DNA of 64,000 bases, taken from the IMG/VR virus record IMGVR_UViG_3300034071_001657; one strand, given 5' to 3'. The translations under genes were made by a program, and so were the position numbers. Of the stretch, positions 27,128 through 36,636 are shown one piece after another (positions within the stretch are counted from its first letter, which is position 1; every line of letters begins with the position of its first letter). This stretch comes from a virus. The notes beneath the pieces are model-generated. The model was not told the DNA's origin. It was given only the letters and a program-made list of their open reading frames with translations, and made no database searches.

Positions 27128-28582
27128 TTAGCCCTTTAAATTAATTTCATATATCTTGTAGGCAAACTTTTCTTCATTATAAATTTTCATTCTTTCTATA
27201 AAATGATCTAGAGTAAAATTTTTTCTAGACTTATAAGTTAAATCGTCTGCAATGTCAAACAGTGTAGCTGATTCTTTGTTGTCTCCCAATCGTAAACCTC
27301 TACCTATTGATTGAAGAGTTCTAATCTTACTTTTACTTGGTGATGCGAAAACAATATTGTGCAGATTACGTATATTTATCCCTGTTGAAAACGTCCCATA
27401 TGAAGCAACAATGATTGCATCGTTTTCTTTTTCTGTGATTGATCTAACTAGTTCTCTGTCTTCAGCAGAAACACCTCCATGCACAAAGAAAACTTTTCTA
27501 TCGCCACACTTTGCCCAAATCATATCGTACAGAAGCTTTCCGTGTTTTTCTACTAGCTGATAAAGAACTAAAGTGTTGCCATTTAAACTGAGTGTTAAAT
27601 TTCTTATGAATTTGTTTCTTTTTGGATTTGCAACAAGAAAATCAATTTCGTCTTTGTATTTGCTCTTTTTCAAGAATGAGCATGATTCTTCATCATATTT
27701 CAATATCAAGGCTTTAATTTTAAATTCTGACAGATTACCTTTTTCAATTAATTCTTTTGTTGTAGTGACTCTTTTTTCTCTACCAAAAAGTCCTTCTAGT
27801 ACAAGCTTATGAGTTTGAGTACCGTCGAGTGTTCCTGTCAATCCAAAACGATATGCGCAGTCTGTTAGATTGGTCATGATTGTTGTTAGTGATTGCGCTT
27901 TGAATAGATGTGCTTCATCGCCTATGACCAAATTAAATTGCTGAAACCATTCTTTTGGTTGCTTGTATATTGATTGCCAAGTGGTTATAATGATTTGTTT
28001 GTTCGAATCTTTTGATTTATCAAATGGTATTTGGTGAATATTTGTTTGACTGTCGAATCCGTAATCTATAAAGTCTTTGTATAGCTGAGACACTAAAGAC
28101 ACTGTTGGAACAATAATCAACGTCTTCGTGTTGAGATATCTAGTTATAAGATAGATAATAAATGATTTACCGGATGCTGTGGGTGATATCAGTAAGCCTC
28201 TTTTATTTCGAATAGCATACAGAAAAGCTTTTAGTTGATAGTCTCGTACCTCAAAGGGAGAATTCAATTGTTCAATAAAGCTTGCTGCTTCTGCAACAGA
28301 AAATTCATTGGCAATATCTACATTTGAATCTATCTCTATGCCGTAGTTTCTTTCTTCACAGAATTGTTTAATGTATGGTATTAACCCATAGTAAATTTTG
28401 TGATCAAAGGTATTAAATAATCTGATCTTTCCATCCCAAACTTTATTTCTAAATGCTGGCATAAATTTATACCCAGGCACATAGAATGTGAAGTATTCGC
28501 TAAGTTCCATTGCTTCGCCTCTTTCGCAATGAACTTTTACGTATACTTCATTTAATTTAGTGATGAATAGATTATTGGACAC
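27128..28582 (-). CDS. uvsW: SF2 DNA helicase
   Basis: SPTASGKS, DEAH, GLTGT, QSIGRGLR. Confidence 0.96.
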   Translation of the reverse strand: MSNNLFITKLNEVYVKVHCERGEAMELSEYFTFYVPGYKFMPAFRNKVWDGKIRLFNTFDHKIYYGLIPYIKQFCEERNYGIEIDSNVDIANEFSVAEAASFIEQLNSPFEVRDYQLKAFLYAIRNKRGLLISPTASGKSFIIYLITRYLNTKTLIIVPTVSLVSQLYKDFIDYGFDSQTNIHQIPFDKSKDSNKQIIITTWQSIYKQPKEWFQQFNLVIGDEAHLFKAQSLTTIMTNLTDCAYRFGLTGTLDGTQTHKLVLEGLFGREKRVTTTKELIEKGNLSEFKIKALILKYDEESCSFLKKSKYKDEIDFLVANPKRNKFIRNLTLSLNGNTLVLYQLVEKHGKLLYDMIWAKCGDRKVFFVHGGVSAEDRELVRSITEKENDAIIVASYGTFSTGINIRNLHNIVFASPSKSKIRTLQSIGRGLRLGDNKESATLFDIADDLTYKSRKNFTLDHFIERMKIYNEEKFAYKIYEINLKG

Positions 28583-29009
28583 CTTGCGTAAACTTCTTCC
28601 ATTCTATAGCATTTTTTATTTGAAAGTTTCTTTGATTTAGATTCTTGATTACTTCTTCAATAAAATCTAGTTTTTCTTTTTGATTAAAAATGCGCATGTT
28701 AATTTCAATAACGTCTTTATCAGATTCTAGATACATATCTATTTCATTTTTCATAAGCCTTTTCATAAAAGGCTCCCATTTCAATTCGTCAAGTTCCTCT
28801 TGAGAAAGCTTTCCGTTATAGTATTCATATTTTTTAAGCATTAGGTCTTTCGACTTAAACTCAAAAGATTTAAGTCTTCGTCTTTCTTCAAAGTATATAT
28901 TCATATACTTGCTATGCAATTCAGGTATCTTAGTTGATTCGACGCCGAGTTCAGTAGAATCAATTTTAGAATCTTGTCTCCAAGATTCCATAATCTGGTC
29001 TAATGTCAT
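28572..29009 (-). CDS. uvsY: Recombination mediator
   Basis: IPELHSKY, YYNGK, RNFQIKNAIEWKKF. Confidence 0.92.
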   Translation of the reverse strand: MTLDQIMESWRQDSKIDSTELGVESTKIPELHSKYMNIYFEERRRLKSFEFKSKDLMLKKYEYYNGKLSQEELDELKWEPFMKRLMKNEIDMYLESDKDVIEINMRIFNQKEKLDFIEEVIKNLNQRNFQIKNAIEWKKFTQGVQ

Positions 29010-29034
29010 TATATATCTCCACTACAAAACAATC

Positions 29035-29063
29035 ATTATATCACATAACGGCATTAGAATCAA
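29035..29063 (-). promoter_or_regulatory. Sigma70-type promoter for uvsY
   Basis: TTGATT-17-TATAAT with TGn; the -35 contains the gp3 stop. Confidence 0.7.
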
Positions 29064-29572
29064 ATATAATCTGCTTCGTATTTGGTATAGTTGAAAGTTA
29101 CTGTAGAGGTAATAAAATCATGTGATTCAGTAGCTGACAGTTGAAATCCTGTTAGATTGGTAGGAAACAAATCAAAAAACTTCAATTTGACATTTGCATT
29201 GTTTGAATTTGTTTTTATGATGAGAGTCGCACTAGAGGTAAAGTTTTCATAGCTTCCAGGAGAATTTTTAAGAGTAGACTTAGGAAATCCTTCTGTGCCT
29301 GCCAATGCGTGAAGCCAATTATAAATTTCAAACCAAGATTTCATGTCTTCATCAATTATGTATGAAACTGTTATTTCTTCAAATGTTATAATAGTTCCTG
29401 GAGTTTGAACTGTAACAAATGGAGTTGGTGTTGTTGCAATGCCTAAACTTATTGTGGGTAAATTTATTGTTTGAATAAAAAACTGAATGTTTGGCAATCT
29501 ATCAATAACAAAGTCGAATTTGTTGTTTGATAGAAAGCTTTTGTTTGTAGGTTCTATTGGTAGCGTCGCCAT
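29060..29572 (-). CDS. gp3: Tail completion / tube terminator protein
   Basis: NKSFLSNNKF, IDEDMKSWFEIYNW, FPTNL; follows gp23. Confidence 0.85.
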   Translation of the reverse strand: MATLPIEPTNKSFLSNNKFDFVIDRLPNIQFFIQTINLPTISLGIATTPTPFVTVQTPGTIITFEEITVSYIIDEDMKSWFEIYNWLHALAGTEGFPKSTLKNSPGSYENFTSSATLIIKTNSNNANVKLKFFDLFPTNLTGFQLSATESHDFITSTVTFNYTKYEADYI

Positions 29573-29605
29573 GTTGACTCCTTTTAGAACTATTTATGCA
29601 TAATG

Positions 29606-29628
29606 AAAAAGGGGCCCGAAGGCCCCTT
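29606..29628 (-). terminator. Rho-independent terminator after gp23 (cUUCGg loop)
   Basis: AAGGGGCC-TTCG-GGCCCCTT followed by a T run. Confidence 0.9.
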
Positions 29629-29676
29629 GAACGGGGGCCCGCAGACCCCCTACCGATGTAACCTCGGCTTAATCAA

Positions 29677-30993
29677 TTACATTAGATTGGTGATAGCGAT
29701 CTTTCTGTAATAGATATTCTTGTTAGCAAAAGCGATTGTACCATCAGCAGCAGTTGTTGCGAATGGGTTTGCAACCATTCCATAACGTGTCTTGAAGCCG
29801 ATCTTTGGCTGGAATGTATCTTGACCAACCGCACGAACCATCTGGAGAGGAACGTATGGGCAGTAGAAGAGACCAGCGTCAAATGCTGAAGTACCTTTGT
29901 AACCGATTGTGGCATAGTGAACGCCAGAAGAAGCTGCAAAGTATGGATCGATGTAAACACGAATGCGACCATTGAGAACACCAGCGAATGTGTTGCCTGT
30001 GTCATCAACTTGTAGGTTGTTTGCAAGTGCAGGTGTGTAATCAAGAACACCAGCCATCTGAAGAGCAGAAGCGACATCTGATGAGCAAATCATGATGTTG
30101 CCTTTACCTCTACGGGTAGCTTTGGCGATTGCATTTGATTCACGCTCTAATTGGAACATTAGACCCTTGAACTTCTCAACTGACCAACGACCATTTGCGT
30201 CAACGTCAAGATCGAAAGTGCCTGCTGTTGCAACGTTTTCTTGTGCACCGATTGTTGCTGTTCTATTGATTTGACGAACAACTTCACGATTGATTTCAGC
30301 AAGAATTTCTGTTGAAAGAATGTTGGCAAGTTCTTGCTCTGCGTCAAGACCGTGAACTGCTTTAAGGTCTTGTGCAAGTTCCATCGTGTATTCTGCTTTG
30401 AGAGCGCGGCTCTTTGCAACGACGGAAATCTTTTCGATGCTGAATGCCATCTCAGGGAAGGTGTTTGAACCGTCACCTAATGCTTCAGCAGCGTATGTTG
30501 AAAGACCTGTACCAACTGTGTAGTTGTTTGCAACGTCTGCATCAACTGGTGTTTGACCGCCGTGTGTGCCTGTACCAGAGAAATCTGTATCGGCTTCGTT
30601 GAACAATGCTTCAGCACCACCTTGATTGGTGTAGCGTGAACGCATTGCGAAGATAAGTCCTGTTGGACCGCTCATTGGCTGAACGCCGCAGATATCGTAT
30701 GCAATTAGATTTGGCATTGATCTACGAACCAAGCTGATTAGAACTGGGTCATAGATATCAATGGCGCCGTCACCAGCAACAGATGAAGAACCCTTCATTG
30801 CGTTGGTTGGAGCATCTTCTGTTAGAAGAGAAGTTGGTGAACGATAACCACCAGAAGAATTTTCGCGGCAAGAAATTTCTTGATTCTCTAGAAGTTGTGC
30901 AACAACTGCTTTTCTATGTGAGTCTTTGATTGATGGCAACTCAGTATGTTCAAGAACTGGTGCCCATTTTTTTACTAAAGCTTCGATTGACAT
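29677..30993 (-). CDS. gp23: Major capsid protein
   Basis: KWAPVL, GVQPMSGPTGLIFAMR, SRALKAEYT, FQPKIGFKTRYG. Confidence 0.99.
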   Translation of the reverse strand: MSIEALVKKWAPVLEHTELPSIKDSHRKAVVAQLLENQEISCRENSSGGYRSPTSLLTEDAPTNAMKGSSSVAGDGAIDIYDPVLISLVRRSMPNLIAYDICGVQPMSGPTGLIFAMRSRYTNQGGAEALFNEADTDFSGTGTHGGQTPVDADVANNYTVGTGLSTYAAEALGDGSNTFPEMAFSIEKISVVAKSRALKAEYTMELAQDLKAVHGLDAEQELANILSTEILAEINREVVRQINRTATIGAQENVATAGTFDLDVDANGRWSVEKFKGLMFQLERESNAIAKATRRGKGNIMICSSDVASALQMAGVLDYTPALANNLQVDDTGNTFAGVLNGRIRVYIDPYFAASSGVHYATIGYKGTSAFDAGLFYCPYVPLQMVRAVGQDTFQPKIGFKTRYGMVANPFATTAADGTIAFANKNIYYRKIAITNLM

Positions 30994-31028
30994 ATTTTTC
31001 TCCTTTGAGTATTTAAAAACTCTGTTAC

Positions 31029-31036
31029 TATTTATA
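31029..31036 (-). promoter_or_regulatory. Late promoter for gp23
   Basis: TATAAATA. Confidence 0.85.
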
Positions 31037-31041
31037 ATTTT

Positions 31042-31812
31042 TTACTTTTTGAGTGTTCTTGAAATGCTCTGAACATAATGAGCCATCGCTGGCGAAACTG
31101 ATTCATCGAGAGTCGTAGAGGCATCAGAATCTATTGAAGACTCTTCAACTTTTTCTTCGGATTTAGTTTGTTCAAAATACTTTTTCTTTGTGAGAATAAG
31201 TTTTTGCTTATAGTCTTCTTCAGAAATAAATTCAATGTTTTCTGCTAAAGACTTAAGTTTTTCAGTTTGAATTTCTGATAAACCCTCGGAAACTGTCTTG
31301 ATTAGATCGCTCATTTTGTGAACGTTCAATTCTTCAGTTAATTCTGCATTTGTTGAAATGGCCTTGTTCAATTCTGCCTGAATTTCATCAAGTTTCACCG
31401 TAAGTTGCTCAACGGCATCAACTTTTTCGTCTGGAAGATCGATATAGTTCTCAACGAATAGATTTTTCAATCCATTCATGAAGCCCTCGGCAATCTCAGT
31501 TTTTAGATTGTGTTGAATTGAAACTTGATTTGTTTCTAACCACTCTGAAACTACGTAGTTAAGATACTCATCTAATTTTTCAACTAATCCTGCGGCAAAC
31601 TCTTCTGTTTGTTCTTCTAATTTTAGATCGAATTCTTCTTGAAGCTTTTCTTTCTGTTCATCTACTTTGGCAAGAACCGCTGCTTCAAAAATAGATTTGG
31701 CATTTGTTTTAAATTCTTCTGAAAGATTTTCGTCTGCGAAAAGAGCGTCAACATCACTAACGTCGATCTTTTTCTCTTCCAAACTTTCTTCTTTATTATT
31801 GTCTACTAACAT
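31042..31812 (-). CDS. gp22: Prohead core scaffold protein
   Basis: LSEEFK...IFEAAV, YLNYVVSEW, LKNLFVENYI; synteny. Confidence 0.93.
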   Translation of the reverse strand: MLVDNNKEESLEEKKIDVSDVDALFADENLSEEFKTNAKSIFEAAVLAKVDEQKEKLQEEFDLKLEEQTEEFAAGLVEKLDEYLNYVVSEWLETNQVSIQHNLKTEIAEGFMNGLKNLFVENYIDLPDEKVDAVEQLTVKLDEIQAELNKAISTNAELTEELNVHKMSDLIKTVSEGLSEIQTEKLKSLAENIEFISEEDYKQKLILTKKKYFEQTKSEEKVEESSIDSDASTTLDESVSPAMAHYVQSISRTLKK

Positions 31813-31856
31813 ATTGCTTCTCCTTTTATTTTAATTCATATTATGAATCATTATCT

Positions 31857-31864
31857 TATTTATA
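31857..31864 (-). promoter_or_regulatory. Late promoter for gp22
   Basis: TATAAATA overlapping the gp21 stop. Confidence 0.75.
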
Positions 31865-32510
31865 AACTTTTTAAGAATGCTTCAAAAACTTTAAGTTTAA
31901 CTTCTTCTAAATTCTTAGAACTTGTTTTTTGAATCACTCTCTTAGTTTCTTCTATGTGTTTGCCAATCCAGCGACCTTCAACAAAAACCCATTCTTTATT
32001 TTCCATAACACCTCTTACAAAGGCATCGGGCGCTGATGGATCCGCAACAATGTCAGCAGCAGTTGCAAGATAGAAATCATCTTTCACAACTTTTATGCCC
32101 TCTTTATTTTCTTCTAGTGTTCCCATACCTCTTGTGGAAACGCCTAGAGTAGCACCTTCTTCAATTAAATTCTTGACAATATTTCCATAAGGTGTATCTA
32201 AAATTTTAGCTTTACCATAGAAATCTGTTTTGTCTGCTTTTAATTCTTTAATTAGAAGTGCAGTTCTTTCTAAATTAATTGTTGGTCCATCTGGATGTCC
32301 AAGTTCACCAAATGCTCGGCCTTTTGAAACAAACTCATTAATATACCGTGTGGCTTCTCTGTTTAGAATGTCGAACGAATACATTCTACCATTTCTGTTA
32401 GGTCTTTCAGATTGCATAAAAATGCCTTCGATGAAAAGATTTCTCTTTCCAGATTCTGAAGCCTCGGTGATAAATTTAATTTCTTCGTTTAATTCTGTGA
32501 TTAGTTTCAT
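31860..32510 (-). CDS. gp21: Prohead protease
   Basis: MKLITE, NRNGRMY, GELGHP, GVSTRG, DIVADPSAPDA. Confidence 0.97.
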   Translation of the reverse strand: MKLITELNEEIKFITEASESGKRNLFIEGIFMQSERPNRNGRMYSFDILNREATRYINEFVSKGRAFGELGHPDGPTINLERTALLIKELKADKTDFYGKAKILDTPYGNIVKNLIEEGATLGVSTRGMGTLEENKEGIKVVKDDFYLATAADIVADPSAPDAFVRGVMENKEWVFVEGRWIGKHIEETKRVIQKTSSKNLEEVKLKVFEAFLKSL

Positions 32511-32956
32511 GGTGAAACTCCATCGTCGGTTGTTTCTCTACTTGTATAACCAGCGGTTTTCTTACCCTCAACAATAACTGTATATCCTGCACCAGCAGTA
32601 AATCCTAATGTCGAGAGATAAATGTCACCATTTGTATTTGCAATATTATTTGTTATTGGTGCCGTCAAGTTGGTTACTAAATCCATAGTTCCAGAGCCGG
32701 AGAGATATGCAATCGTATTTGGCGAATCGCCTGACCACATAAGTTTAACCTTAGAATTTGCTCCGGCAATTGACCAGGTCAATTTATTTATGGTAATTCT
32801 TTGATCTGTTGCTGAACCATTTGCAACGGCAGTTAATCCAGAAACATCAACCTTAAGAACATTGGTCTCTCCGGTACCGTCTGATTCATTGGTAAATTTA
32901 TATGCCCATGCTGCGGCATGATCTTTCAACTTTTGTGACGTTACGGTATCAGCCAT
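32507..32956 (-). CDS. Hypothetical virion protein
   Basis: MADTVTSQ...KFTNESDGTGE; in the head operon. Confidence 0.65.
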   Translation of the reverse strand: MADTVTSQKLKDHAAAWAYKFTNESDGTGETNVLKVDVSGLTAVANGSATDQRITINKLTWSIAGANSKVKLMWSGDSPNTIAYLSGSGTMDLVTNLTAPITNNIANTNGDIYLSTLGFTAGAGYTVIVEGKKTAGYTSRETTDDGVSP

Positions 32957-32957
32957 T

Positions 32958-33503
32958 TTATTCCTCTAATAGGTTTAGAGAAAACTCTAAAAGCTTGTCA
33001 AAGTCTTCTTCAATTTTTTCTAGAAATAATTCTTGATTTTCTTCGTTCAAAGAATCATACAATGCAATTAAGGCCGACTGATGTTCTTCGTTCTTTGTTT
33101 TGGCCATGATTGTTTTATATGCTTTTTTAGCAGCCTCTGGCTTGTCACGAACCATTGCTGATGCTACTGCAAAAGGTCCACCTTTTGATTCATCACCAAC
33201 ACCTTTCTTTTTGAACTCTTTACCGATGGTGTGTGCCATTTTAGTTTCTTGTTTACTAAAATCGGCCTCATCGAGTTCAACTTCTTCTTTTTTCAGTGCG
33301 CCCCGCGCTTCGGCAGATTTAAGCATTGCAATTCTATCACGATAACCAGCTACTCCTGGCTTAATATCTTTTGAAGCCTTTTTCTCCCCTGCTGTTGGCT
33401 TGGCGATATGCTTCATTGTAGTTTTAGCTTGATGACTTTCTGCTTCATCAACTTGTTCAACTTCTTCTTCCGTTACCAAAAGAAAATTTTTAAAACTCTT
33501 CAT
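32958..33503 (-). CDS. Putative internal head/core protein (gp68 position)
   Basis: MKSFKNFL start; repeated EEVE..DEA linkers. Confidence 0.55.
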   Translation of the reverse strand: MKSFKNFLLVTEEEVEQVDEAESHQAKTTMKHIAKPTAGEKKASKDIKPGVAGYRDRIAMLKSAEARGALKKEEVELDEADFSKQETKMAHTIGKEFKKKGVGDESKGGPFAVASAMVRDKPEAAKKAYKTIMAKTKNEEHQSALIALYDSLNEENQELFLEKIEEDFDKLLEFSLNLLEE

Positions 33504-33693
33504 TTGCGGTTTCCTCATCCTCTGAGTTATTATTATCCTCTTCTTGATTAAAGAAGGACTGAGCTATTTCCATTTTTTTGGCTGATAGAACATCATTAAT
33601 CTTTTGATCTAGCGCCAACAAAATGTTGTTTTTAAATTCTGTTGCATCTGCCGATAAGGCATTTAATACTGCATTTTCAATATGTTCTGACAT
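33490..33693 (-). CDS. gp67: Prohead core protein
   Basis: Small acidic protein directly after gp20; KKMEIAQSFF. Confidence 0.7.
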   Translation of the reverse strand: MSEHIENAVLNALSADATEFKNNILLALDQKINDVLSAKKMEIAQSFFNQEEDNNNSEDEETANEEF

Positions 33694-33711
33694 AATAATT
33701 CTCCTTTCAAT

Positions 33712-33719
33712 TATTTATA
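33712..33719 (-). promoter_or_regulatory. Late promoter for the gp67 operon
   Basis: TATAAATA. Confidence 0.8.
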
Positions 33720-33741
33720 AAAAACAAAACTTTAAAGGTGT

Positions 33742-35298
33742 TTATTCTTTGTGTATAACAACAGGAATAGGTTTAGGTGGTTCTTCAGGAGGTGGTGGCG
33801 CATTGTTAGTTTGTGTCGCAGGCTCATCTTCCTGTTGTGCGGCCTCTTCCTCAATTTCTTTTTCTATCTCTTCAATATCTTCTTCAGTAAATCTAAGCAC
33901 CTTTGTTTTTACATAGTTTTTAGAGAAATATTTTCCAACATAATTATCTATTTCTGTTAGTAATGTAAGTCTCTCTTTTAATATTTCAGCATCTTTTAAT
34001 TCTGTAAAGTGAGAATCTGTTACGAAATCATAATTAATTTCTTCTTTTAATTGTTTCCATTCTTCTCTAGTGCAGATACCTTTTAATATTAATTGAGTTT
34101 CTAATAACTTATCAAATAAGTGAGAGAATCTCATGCGAAGTCGGCTAATGAATTTAGAAAACTTCAATTCATCTCGACTGATTTCGGATGCACGACCTAG
34201 AGAAAATCCAGCATCTGATTCCAATCTTGAAATTGGAACGTTTAATGCCTTATACAATTTTTTCTGAAAATATAAAACGTCTTCAATTTCTCCCAGGTTT
34301 TGTCCTGCTGGCAATGTAGTAATCTCTGTGCCTTTGCCGCCTTCTCTTCTTGGCAACCAAAAATCTTCAAGCATTGTTTGAAATCTTCTATCGTCACGGA
34401 TTTCACCTGTTTGAGCATCATAGACTAGTTTATTTTTATATTTCTGCATAATCTCACGAAGATATTGCTCCGCTTTAATTTTTGGTAAGTTACCAACATC
34501 AATATAAAAAATTCTACGTTCTGGCGCGCGAGAGATGCGATAAATGACTGTTGCATCTTCAAGCATTCTTAATTGATTCAATGGACGAATTGCTTTATGT
34601 AGATAAGATATAATTACTTTACCTTCACGATCTGTTAATCCAGAATGCACATAGCAAATAGAATCTTTTGCAATTTTTAAACCTTGATTTGCATCTCTTG
34701 CAAATCCGACATTTGAATACACAAAATATTCAATTGGCTTTACATATGCACTAGATGATAATGGTGTTCCTTTGTTTCTTGGTATTTCTCTAACTTTTCG
34801 AATTTTTCTTGGATCAATGTATCTAACTTCTTTGATACCTAGTCTTGGATTTTTTTCATCAATTACCATATGATAATAAAGTCTACCATCAACATACCAA
34901 CGTCTGAAAACATCATACGCTTGGTTGTTAAAATCGAGCAACTTCATAACATGCTCGAATTCTTCTTTTATTTTTTTCTTAATGGTGTCTGGCTGTTTCA
35001 TGTTCTCTAAAACAATTGAAACAGGATATCCATCTTCTTGATAGACTATGGATTCATTAACAATATCATCAATTGCAATATCGCATTCGGCTTGTGTTGC
35101 CATTTCACGATATCTGCGAATTAATTCGGCGTCAGTTTTTACTTGACCTTCTAAATCAACATAGGTTCCATAGACGCCACTACCAACGACAGATATTGCT
35201 GCATCGTCTGTGTCTGTTGGCGGCACAAAAGATTTAGCACTATCTTCTTTTTGCGGATCGTCTTTACCTATCTTATAACCAAAAAGTTTTATTGCCAT
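33742..35298 (-). CDS. gp20: Portal vertex protein
   Basis: WYVDGR, RAPERRIFYIDVGNLPK, EDFWLPRREGGKGTEITTLP. Confidence 0.98.
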   Translation of the reverse strand: MAIKLFGYKIGKDDPQKEDSAKSFVPPTDTDDAAISVVGSGVYGTYVDLEGQVKTDAELIRRYREMATQAECDIAIDDIVNESIVYQEDGYPVSIVLENMKQPDTIKKKIKEEFEHVMKLLDFNNQAYDVFRRWYVDGRLYYHMVIDEKNPRLGIKEVRYIDPRKIRKVREIPRNKGTPLSSSAYVKPIEYFVYSNVGFARDANQGLKIAKDSICYVHSGLTDREGKVIISYLHKAIRPLNQLRMLEDATVIYRISRAPERRIFYIDVGNLPKIKAEQYLREIMQKYKNKLVYDAQTGEIRDDRRFQTMLEDFWLPRREGGKGTEITTLPAGQNLGEIEDVLYFQKKLYKALNVPISRLESDAGFSLGRASEISRDELKFSKFISRLRMRFSHLFDKLLETQLILKGICTREEWKQLKEEINYDFVTDSHFTELKDAEILKERLTLLTEIDNYVGKYFSKNYVKTKVLRFTEEDIEEIEKEIEEEAAQQEDEPATQTNNAPPPPEEPPKPIPVVIHKE

Positions 35299-35312
35299 TT
35301 ATTCTCTCTCAT

Positions 35313-35376
35313 AAAAATAGGGGGCGTAATAGCCCCCTATTAGTGAACACTATTACGCAACTATATTTATGTTGCG
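35313..35376 (-). promoter_or_regulatory. Structured gp20 leader: terminator-like hairpin, competing or pseudoknot pairing, and a CATAAATA late promoter inside a hairpin
   Basis: Stem 35316-35325/35332-35341; 35324-35332 complementary to 35350-35358; 35356-35361 complementary to 35371-35376. Confidence 0.7.
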
Positions 35377-35387
35377 AAATAACTCAA

Positions 35388-35960
35388 TTATAAAGTCGCA
35401 ATTGAAGTCGCAAGTGTATAAGTAATATAGCTATATTGAAACGTCACAGAAAATTCAGAAATCGTATCTGTTGTATCATAAGACAAATCGATTGCAGAAA
35501 CATCAGTGGGAAAAGAATCTTTTAAAACGTAGAAGCCATTAGCAATATTATTTCCAGAAACATCAAGTTGTTGAACTTGAATGTTTTGTTTATAGTCAGC
35601 AATCGTTGATTTAGACCTATTTTCAAAGTTATTGGTTGATATACCAGCTATCCAATCCTCAAAATATTTTCTTAATACTTGATCCTGATCTGCAATAAAT
35701 GTTGCGGTCCAGTCGCCGTAAGTTCTGTCACCAGGAAGCTTCATTCTTCTTCCACCTTGAACTGGAATTTCTACAACACCAATGGTAAATGCGGGTATCG
35801 CGGCAGATTTGCATAACAAAGAATATGAACCGGAATCAGCAATAGTGCTGGTGAAACGTGGAAGATTTAATCCTAATGGATTACCAAAAGTAATTTTAAA
35901 GTTATTTGGTCTAGAACCTTGTCCCAGCGCATTTTTAAATGTTGATAGTGTGAACGACAT
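35388..35960 (-). CDS. gp19: Tail tube protein (paralogue 2)
   Basis: RPNNF, LCKSAAIP, GRRMKLPGDRTYGDW, FPTDVSAIDLSYD, EFSVTFQY. Confidence 0.9.
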   Translation of the reverse strand: MSFTLSTFKNALGQGSRPNNFKITFGNPLGLNLPRFTSTIADSGSYSLLCKSAAIPAFTIGVVEIPVQGGRRMKLPGDRTYGDWTATFIADQDQVLRKYFEDWIAGISTNNFENRSKSTIADYKQNIQVQQLDVSGNNIANGFYVLKDSFPTDVSAIDLSYDTTDTISEFSVTFQYSYITYTLATSIATL

Positions 35961-35974
35961 TTTTATTCCTTTCC

Positions 35975-36598
35975 TTATAACGTTCTAGTGTGATAATCAT
36001 ACACCCACGTTACGGTGTACTCGGAAATAGCGTCCGTACTATCGTAAGATAAATCAATTGCAGAAATATCACTAATGAAACAATTGGCTAAATTATACGT
36101 TATAATGGGCGGTTGTGATACAACCACTTGGGTCACAACGTCTTCTACTCGCGTTACGGTTCTACTTCTGCCAAAAAGGCCACCACCTACACGTTCAACT
36201 ATCGTTACTTGTTTTATTACTTCTTTTGTCACATCACCGGCGGCAAGTTGAGATACTATAACAGTCCCAATGCTGCCTTTGCTTGAAGATGCTGCGACTG
36301 AATCAAAATTTATACTTGCAGAAGAATTCTGTAACCTCTCAAGTACAACTCTTTCATTATACTGTGGATCCAAAAGCATAGTTGTGGTCCATTCACCAAA
36401 TGTTCTATCTCCAGCAAGCTTATAACGTCTACCACCAGACATAGGAACCTCAATGGTTCCTATGGATGATCCTGGTAGAGATGCTGCTTTACATAAAATT
36501 GTTGTGTTGAGTGAAGGTAAAGAAACAGAAAATAAATTAGGTCTAGCTCCTACCCCTATTAAATTTTTTAGGGTACTTAGTGTTGCTAAATTAGACAT
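35975..36598 (-). CDS. gp19: Tail tube protein (paralogue 1) with a ~40-aa insertion
   Basis: GARPNLF, LCKAASLP, GDRTFGEW, SAIDLSYD. Confidence 0.8.
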   Translation of the reverse strand: MSNLATLSTLKNLIGVGARPNLFSVSLPSLNTTILCKAASLPGSSIGTIEVPMSGGRRYKLAGDRTFGEWTTTMLLDPQYNERVVLERLQNSSASINFDSVAASSSKGSIGTVIVSQLAAGDVTKEVIKQVTIVERVGGGLFGRSRTVTRVEDVVTQVVVSQPPIITYNLANCFISDISAIDLSYDSTDAISEYTVTWVYDYHTRTL

Positions 36599-36636
36599 TT
36601 TTTTCTCCTTTTATGTCTCGTTGACCTTATTTATCC

